Shown here piece by piece: positions 29,301 through 36,300 of a stretch of DNA of 64,000 nucleotides (the stretch's first letter is position 1; every line of letters begins with the position of its first letter). Source of the DNA: a virus; the IMG/VR virus record IMGVR_UViG_3300025086_000013, positions 30,935-94,934 of that record; one strand, given 5' to 3'. The translations under genes were made by a program, and so were the position numbers. The notes under the pieces are model-generated. The model had not been told where the DNA came from, made no database searches, and saw only the letters and a list, made by a program, of their open reading frames with translations.

Positions 29301-30373
29301 TGAGCTTGTGGAGACCATGCGCCTGACCATACATCATCAAATTTTCTTCTAGAGTGTAATCCAAATTCTGGTGATTCTTGATGAGAATAAGGAGAAGATG
29401 CTGAACTACTTACACCTCTTAAACCATCTTGTCTATATGGATTATATTTTTCCCAACCTAAATAATACTTACGGTCATTCATATTAATAGGATCTAATTT
29501 TAACGAATTAATATATTGATTATGAATTTTTCCATTTTCTAATTTAAGTTGTTTATATTCTGTCATTAAAGCATCTCTTTCAGATTTAGAAATATTTTTA
29601 TCAAATATTTTCATTCTAAGATTTTTAATTTTAGATGCATATTGCATACTTTCTTTACTTAATATAACATCATATTTTGAATCTTTTAATCTGTTATACA
29701 GTTGATAATCTCCTGTAAAAATTTTTGTTTCATTTGGATATTTAAATTGACCATAAAAATATGTATCATTTAATGAATTAGATCTAAGATTACCTGGATT
29801 AAGTTTCATAGCTCCATCCATTGGAAGATGTATAGTAGTTAGTGCATCATCCCAATTTCCTACATGATGATTTATAACTGAACTTCCACTTCCAGAAAAA
29901 TGTGTAGTACGTGCATTATTAATCAAGTTTCCATTTTGATCAAAATCTATATATCTTCCTTTATCTCGTCTTATTAAATTGCCTTCAAAAGGTTTTGTTT
30001 CATCTATAAAGTCAAATCTATTTCTTGAAATATTACCAGGCCCTTGCACATTAGATGTTGGATTTTGTTGCCCAGATGTTCCATAATTAGTAGTGTTTGG
30101 CTTTGGTTTTGGATTCCACCAATCTTTTATTTTAGAAATAATACCTTTTTTCTTTTTAGATCCTCCTCCTTGCATTAAAGGTACTTCAAATACTTCATTA
30201 CCAGGAAATATATAATCAGCACCAGGCATCATAATTTGACTATTACCAAGGTTATCAGTTCCTCTTACAGGAAAGTCTACACCTTTCATAGTTATATTAC
30301 CTGATGGTATTATATTATAGGGATTGTTTTTATCCTTGCTATTTCTTTTATATCCGTTTTTACTATATTTCAT
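23390..30373 (-). CDS. Multidomain virion-associated peptidoglycan-acting polyprotein, 2327 aa (two lysozyme/SLT-like domains, two LysM, YkuD L,D-transpeptidase-like domain, unknown domains)
   Basis: IIAVESANG...SSASGLYGQ (SLT-like); YKVKKGDNLTRIA and YTIQDGDYLGKIA (LysM); FLVVDK...SLHG...SYGCINM (YkuD); GIYGVESG...SVGWTQIKW...LMDPQKS (second SLT-like). Confidence 0.8.
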   Translation of the reverse strand: MKYSKNGYKRNSKDKNNPYNIIPSGNITMKGVDFPVRGTDNLGNSQIMMPGADYIFPGNEVFEVPLMQGGGSKKKKGIISKIKDWWNPKPKPNTTNYGTSGQQNPTSNVQGPGNISRNRFDFIDETKPFEGNLIRRDKGRYIDFDQNGNLINNARTTHFSGSGSSVINHHVGNWDDALTTIHLPMDGAMKLNPGNLRSNSLNDTYFYGQFKYPNETKIFTGDYQLYNRLKDSKYDVILSKESMQYASKIKNLRMKIFDKNISKSERDALMTEYKQLKLENGKIHNQYINSLKLDPINMNDRKYYLGWEKYNPYRQDGLRGVSSSASSPYSHQESPEFGLHSRRKFDDVWSGAWSPQAHQLDNIPTKSDLGLFQRRIDEYSKPELKEWLNKYENMPDNRGPFAPFMKNIVQEKLNTGKPLLDLNIYQKGGEDDDEKEEWEIKKYGANEKKYVPANDWTDYEEYDYKDKKYKRRYFDIERHELDNFLSYRGKSLFKDTKKHSQQAWPSLVHNTTGNMRVRENINDRGKKTYTLEYKGNSGWRTYARGNDQSGLANLNPEYVTDLKKKGKGSISQYSSWFDLTPEERKEYGREEWYQQGYQRDLRVNKQGKTWSGWNYYGDKTPLSYTLRDEDLYMLPGDIKQKYNLIGKDHLRLDPRTGEIDIVNDRGGIRFAVSQKDMKWFQNPGRLKQAFRDEGFNHKHDDLLDYISNPDFRYWRDSQTITLDPVTIDGMPTNPKTQLPQRSRFVPKPAGASYGSPPLTGDIPEIVLTPDMQNERDDYNSFVNTLPENLKTEDPNYNMEGLWEAMGKPKDFNQSKKSDYWGEEGWIPETYDNKYHGPSVGKDGWLLKSDKHDSFQNELDWLKSDDPGAEYQREHYDLVKDDSGYFGKNQWRYVPKISETVEELMGELQNTKQSSKINTSGQAILDATKREDYTSEDLIRDLDIFKNAYGQKNYEVLQKMLQKSEKPKAKYGAELVRFQKKGEVEPGMLAQRMRSSVTPIGYNIDHAFKELIAGEKLPFEWDGKTQTWDTFGENLNLPPEQSEYIKQSSQDLWDKYLGFEPENNTISESKFSPTIKGAIKKAKKYFSFNWDDDIWSDVLSYEFLKKRPKTENSKQEDNLYIKDSSSGGFAMNNYKLSKGYDEERKLPYVSYYDQFDFDIPMKGAFASAGWLFGEKGEDGSYTIPAEKIVGKPFELYGRMYYDPNNVDQNGNPVRIPQDRIDDYHVDYNKLKAGIIAVESANGQLLKNSESSASGLYGQRFSELTDNSLYDGSRDEFIADFEAQENTFKKRFDGSLFKGERGLKAAADEVYSEYSGQINMPFNKTELAALVNFLGRQGTREYLGYVVRDGKSLSEVFPSLYGENADQQNKTPEQYINHFRKSIEEYDKSSSYEDYILNNLPPEIVEKLLGDYTEEDVKEKQFEAGGEYEKNDKKIKTLQQQLKKYKEGGKVSGIVKDELFEYGLIDNDIPKLQDGGSVYKVKKGDNLTRIARSNDMTLEEVLELNPQYKSNPSHIRIDDSVKLKNESPSNNKKTPKLLYDDFKTFSEAFEKARENLGPNKIFDYRGNKFRTNLKGEAWTPTEADLENNGLNNGSTNDRIEIENTLVDSIYSDKNTPDYEDAVGPWRNIDRKINNNRDINKLQNVEKILFYEGENKPDETVEELSYTIQDGDYLGKIANENQTSIKQLLVDNGLSEDSTLYPGQNLIVKKPAGDPFLVVDKIAGKTHLYYPGQKDPTRSYNILIGENPGDQQTVTKPLDINKDGIINDDDKVWKNGKKLWTYDWSAGNMQTGAGIFTISNVDPDSGYWDETGQRRDVPSFNLTHDRMGEGENISMSLHGIPNTVNWEEKQQRKKGLYSHATDDNRQSYGCINMKCGDLNELLGTIKKGTNVYVLPEFKDQNTFIYQDGKLSFKGEVENPEHPETGEIGRNQGGWYFDSEDQVWREGQGIMRSAESIKYHPVSISIDKNKIQESNLDYNSYAAHEDMEFQKHTEPYLNAIVNNKKQILDALVKVNSGIPSDIYDMLIPTSFGIYGVESGMGNINPEILNMGLGISKASGIGNTNPDVNRKYHSWGQIGDIEIDYKGNKKKLSAKSSRDSVGWTQIKWDVALDDTEKELLNELGITSQHDLMDPQKSAIATQAIIAHRYNSRTDNFTAEQKSDQNYVRDYLAQTWNPERENYSKRVSNYYPLIDVYSLDIADVNQPGKVDVLGEYESSGFWKDVGNYILQPGAGNNNKPPEVHQTQNKIGSDNIYGIGTPKIKKGGAIKQNIPGGAFDLNTQIRIYNEYIDGKFDGTSDEKGVKKYIDKINRLYYTDAKKKGRHIYDHIRKL

Positions 30374-33300
30374 TATCTAAAGGATAGGTTAAGTTTTGTA
30401 TTAACTAATTTAAGTAACATTTTTCTTTGATGAAGAATAACTTCTCCAGGTTGGAAATGGAATTCGTCTATCCAAAAACCTTCAGTTTCTTCAACTCTTT
30501 TTCTAAGAATTAAGTTATTTACATAATGTCTAAATTTCTTTCTTTCTAATTGAGGTTTATTATAATCTAAATAAGCATCATTTAGATCTCTAATATAACC
30601 ATTTAATTGAGTTATAAACATTGACTCAGAAACATTTCTGTTTGAAGTTATATCCCAAAATTGATCAAATCTATATTTTTGTTCTACTTTACTATATAGT
30701 ATTTGAATGTCATTTGCACCAATTATTGGATAAGAAATTATATCATTTACATCAGGTGTTTGCTCTACAAGAGTTAACAACCCAGAAACTTGTTCTGTAT
30801 TATAAATAATAGCTTCATCAAAGTTATACATTAAATCATGCCATCTATCATCACATCCATAATTTAATGCACAGCCTTCGTCATCTAATTGTACTTTGTA
30901 TTCAAAAGCTTCCATTTGATATTCAACACTTCTTACTGTATTAACCGCTTGACCTACAGATTCTACAAGTTCAATTTCCCATGGATATTGTATATCATAA
31001 TAATTATTAAATAAATCACAACGTACATTATGTTTCCATAAACTGCTTGATTCAGTTACAGGAAATACTTGTGGTGCAATATTAAATTCATCTTCACAAA
31101 TTCTTATTTTACATTCTACACCTATTGTTGACTCTTGTTCATTAAATATTGTTAAACAATCTATTTCTTCTGCTGGATCCCATGTTCCTATAAAATACAT
31201 ATCATAACCTTCTGGACACTCACATGTTAATGCTGTTAGTTCTATTCCAGTAGTACCACCAGGATCTACTATTTCAGTTATTGGATCATCAGTTGAGCAT
31301 TCTAAACAACCTTCATCAAGAGCATCTTGTAAAGTAGGTTCAAGTCTTTGATCTATAACTACAGGGTGAAATTCCCAAGGAAATTCAAAATCTCCTGTAC
31401 CTATACCCCATTGACCATAACCCATAATTGTTGCATATTGAACATTTGAATAAAAGTTAGCTGTATCAGGTGGTATATTACCTGGGGGATCAAAACATCC
31501 AGGTGCTTCAATTGGATCTTCATTATCATCTAATTCACCAGCATCCCATGCTTCATATGTTTCTATATAAGTATCTTGATATGAATTTAAAGTATCTAAA
31601 GGACCTCCAAAAAATCCAAAATCAGGATCTGGATCATATGCAGTACAAGAATGAGTATGAGATGCACCAAGGTTATGTCCTATCTCATGCATTACAACTT
31701 TAAAAGACCAAGATGAATCAAAATCAGAATTTAAAAATCCTTCAGGATTAAATTCTATATTTTGACTTAAAGGTGCAGCAATACCATAAGCTCCTGGAGT
31801 TGATTCACAATAATCTGGTGATACATCATGGTTACATACTCCACCTATACCCCATGCTTGACCACCTTCAAGAACTTCATCATTCATACTAAATATATAT
31901 ACTAAACTTCTGTCAACTGCAATTAAATCTGGATCTGTTGTCCACTCAGCAATAAGAGTTTGTAAATAACAAGTTCTAATTTTATGAATACTACCATTAT
32001 CACAACCACCACAAGGAAAAGACATTGAAAAATTATCATTTAATGTCCATATACGAAGATAATTAAGTGTCACCTGTGTATCTAATTGATCTTCATATAC
32101 TTCACTAACTCCAGCTATAATCATAGTCACCCAATCTGTAAGTGCATTAATATTATCTGCTTCATCACCATTATTAAATTCTTCATAAGTATACTTATCA
32201 ATTTCAATTGCCATTTTAATACAACCTCCAGTTGAAGATCTAGCTTGTTTTGCAGATGCTTTTCTTGCTGCTTTTGTAATATCATCAGTGGTTGCACAAT
32301 CAAATATTGGAATTCGTTTTGAATCAAATGTATTATATAAAATATATTTAGTTTTATCTTTACTTGCTTTCTTTTTAACATCTGAATCTTCAACAGTAAA
32401 TTCATAAATTTTCTTACCCTTTCTAATTACTCCAAACATTTTAGTTTCCATAAATGTTATAGATCCTTTTAAATCTTTTTCTCCACGAATTTTATATGAA
32501 ACTGCTTTAGATACATATGGATCTTTCACTCTTCCTTTTTCTGTTTCTAAAACTACTTGAAAATCTTTTGAATGTACATTGACAAGTTCTAATGGTAATT
32601 TAAGAGTTTGGTTATCCATAAAAGGAACAGTTATACTAAATCTTTTAGGCTTTGATAATCTAATGTCTTTAAGTATACTATCTTCTATTTCAAAGTAAAT
32701 AGAATTATTTTTATTTTTTGTTACACTTGCATTTTCAATATGTATTCTATTAAATGGTGGCATATCATCACCATCATCTATAATGGCAAAATCAAATGTA
32801 AAATCAGGAGTTCCTTGACCATAATTACCACCATATTCAACTTTACAACATTGTGGAGGATCTAATGTTTCATCAAGTTCATAACCAGGACCACACTCCC
32901 AAGTTGCATCATTTATACACATACCAAATTCATCCATAGTATACCCTGGAGGACATATTGGATCCAATCCTTTTATTGTATTAGTTGTAAGAAAATGATT
33001 ATAACTAGACATAGTAAGTTCAGGATGCCAATCATGAAATGATATCCATCCTTTAATCTTAGGGTCATAACTTACCGTCCAGGATATATCTGTAAAAAAC
33101 TCATTATTTTCTAAATCAACAGGTGTTATAACATCTATATAAGGAGCAGGATCACATATTCTTTCTACACACTCTACACATTCACCTTCACATTCTATAC
33201 AGTCTTGTTCTGTTGCAGGAAAAGGAGTTCCAGTAAAAAATAAATCTCCTTGAGGACAATCACAAGCAAATACTGGATCAGGTACTGGTGGTTGAAAATT

Positions 33301-36300
33301 ATCTACAGAAACATAAGTAGAAGAAGTTAGTGGGTTATTAGGATAATTACTTCTACATCGTATTGTAAGATAAGGCCATGGTCCACCATAAGGCATAAAT
33401 ACATATGGAATTTGTGTACTTCCATTCATGCTAGCCCAAGTATTCCATTCATATGGTTCAGGACCATCTGGTTGTAAATTAACTCTTATAGGAAAGTCCT
33501 CAGATCCTGTTTGTGCTCCTATTGTAGAATCATCATCTATTCCGTGATAATCAGTTATAGTTCCATTTATACCATCTACAGCTGGAGATATCCATAATAA
33601 TTCACCTAGATCACAGGAACTCTGACTTCCCCAAATTTCTATACCCATTTCATGATTTAAATCATAAGTAATATTAGCTATTGTATAATAAGTTTTATGA
33701 CCTTCTTCACTTATAACATAATAACCAACTGTATCTGGAGGACCTCCTAAAGCTATAGTTCCTCGGTAAACAACACCTGGTTGTAAATCTGTAGGATTTC
33801 CAGCAGTATCTAGCATTGGAGTACTAACATGTTCTACCCAACCAGCATGATTTGTAACTAATGAAAGATATGATTGTCCCTGAACTGCTGGCCAATCAGG
33901 ATACTCTGTATCTAATTCTTCATCATAACCACCACCAACTGTCCAGTTACCTGGTTGTATGTCTGGTGTAAGAAAACCACATACTTCCCAATATTGTGCC
34001 ATTGACGTAGACGGATCACCCCAATCATTAAAGTAAGTACTATATTCTTCAGGTTCTTCTCTAAGTCCATAAGCAAGAACGTGTGAACCATTTCCAGTTA
34101 GTGGTCCCATCCAATTAGATGTTGGTGGAGTTCCATCAGTACCACTTGTACCTATACCTGGTTCATATTTCCACATGTCACTTGTAGAACCATATCTTTG
34201 TTCTGATATAGTCCATGGTGGCCATATTAAAGGCCAATTTCCTGGTACACCAAAATCATCCATAGTGTATTCCCATGAAGGATTTTGAACAATTATAGTT
34301 TCTGCTGCTTCAAGATCTTGATAATAATTTGCCTCATAGTAATTAAAAGTACAACACTCATCTGTTTCTGGATCATACTCTGTACCTTCTGGACAATCTG
34401 GAACTTGTGCTACACCATAACATTCTGTTTCATTAATAACTAATCCTAATTCTTCATCAAACTCTATACATTCTGGATTACATGGTTCATAATCTTTTTT
34501 AGAAAAATAAACTATATCATAGTTAGGATCATATACAGATTGAACACCTATACCAAATACAGGATTATCTGCATAATCAGTTCCTTCTAATTCAGGATAT
34601 GCGGCTAATAATCTAGATGGCAAATATTTATTAAACCATTGTTTTAATCCTGCATCTGCAATATTTGTAAGACCTTGTGCATAATTAAATATTTTACCTT
34701 GAGCTTGTGATATATAAAATACACCTGAAGGAGTATTAATAGCACTAAGTGAATCTTCACATGATCCATATTCATGTGGAAGATCAGCTGTAGTTATTTG
34801 TTGCATTGGTTCATTAAATAAACCACCATCTCCAATAGAAAGTTTAGTTTCAAAATCTGTTGTTAGAGTATCAACACCTTGAAATAATTGAGGAGCTAAA
34901 TGAGGAAATAATATAAGAGCTCCAGATTTAGAAACAGGTTTAATTGTGCTTGGTGCATTTTTAAAGTCTTTATAATTATTTGGAAGATATACTCTCCAAA
35001 AATCTTTTTTAGCTTCATTAAATGCTTGTAATGAATATATAACTCTTTTTGGATAATGTTTAAAACAATTATCTGCAACAGAAGGATCATAATCTCTAGG
35101 TTGTATAGTACCATAAGTAATCATTTGACTATTTAAGTTAGACTTACTTAATGAATCATCATACTTATAGAAGTTACCTTCTTTAATTATATCAACATGA
35201 AATAATTGATCAATGTCTGTATAGTTTGTCCAGTCATAATGTTTTTCTTTTCTGTCTCCACCATAATCTCTATATCCCATATTAAGTTCTGATTCTACAA
35301 AGAAATCATTTACACCACTACAATGAGTATACATATATGCTGTTTTATGTATAAAGAAATTAAATTGAGTACCAGCACCAGGAGCTCCAGAACCAAAACT
35401 CCAATCACCAGATCCAATCTCTGTAGTAGCGTCACCTGCATCACTACCTGGTATATCTAAGTTATGTAGAGTTGAAGGTATTCCACCTGCAGTCCAGTTA
35501 AATGAAAAGTTTAAAAGTGGAGATATCATATTAATCATATCAAACTTTGTCATGTCCATCCAGTGTCTTGCATAAGGAACATTTTGATAATTTTGATACT
35601 GAAAAGGAAATTCATCTGGTTCATTATCTTTTAAAAATTGCCAAAAGAATGGCATTATAACTTTTTCATTATATCTGTTTAAATATACATCTCCTCCAAA
35701 TAAACAATCTGATACATACGTATCATCTTCTTGAGGTATAAATAATCCACGTTCATTATAAATTTCTGCACAATCACCTTGATTTGGTGTCCATTCAGTT
35801 CCAGAACCAGTTGCAGGACCAGGTACAAAACCTTCTTCTCCTGGTTGCAAAACTTTAGCATCTTTAAAACATTGTATACATGGAATAGGTAATTGTTTAA
35901 TACCATCTAATTGTCCATATTGATTTTGCATATTAAATTTAAGAGCTACATAATGTGCAGCAATTAAAGAACTATAATGACCTCCAGTAGGATTACCATA
36001 AATCCCATCACCAAATGCACCAGAAAGTGTACTTAATGTTTGTCTTGAAGTATCAAGCCAACCACCAAAAGGATTCACAAGTTCATTCATTGATATAGGA
36101 TTACCAACTTGATTACCTTGTGTTTGTAAAACAACAGTTGATGGTCTAAATAAATTGTTTATTCTCATGTTATCAGCTGTAAACTCAGAACCAAAATCTT
36201 GTATTGTATTACCAACATATCCTGATTTACCTAATCTGTTTCTAAATACTAATCCATTTGCCCTAGGGATTTCAGTACCATAAAGACCATAAGAATTATA

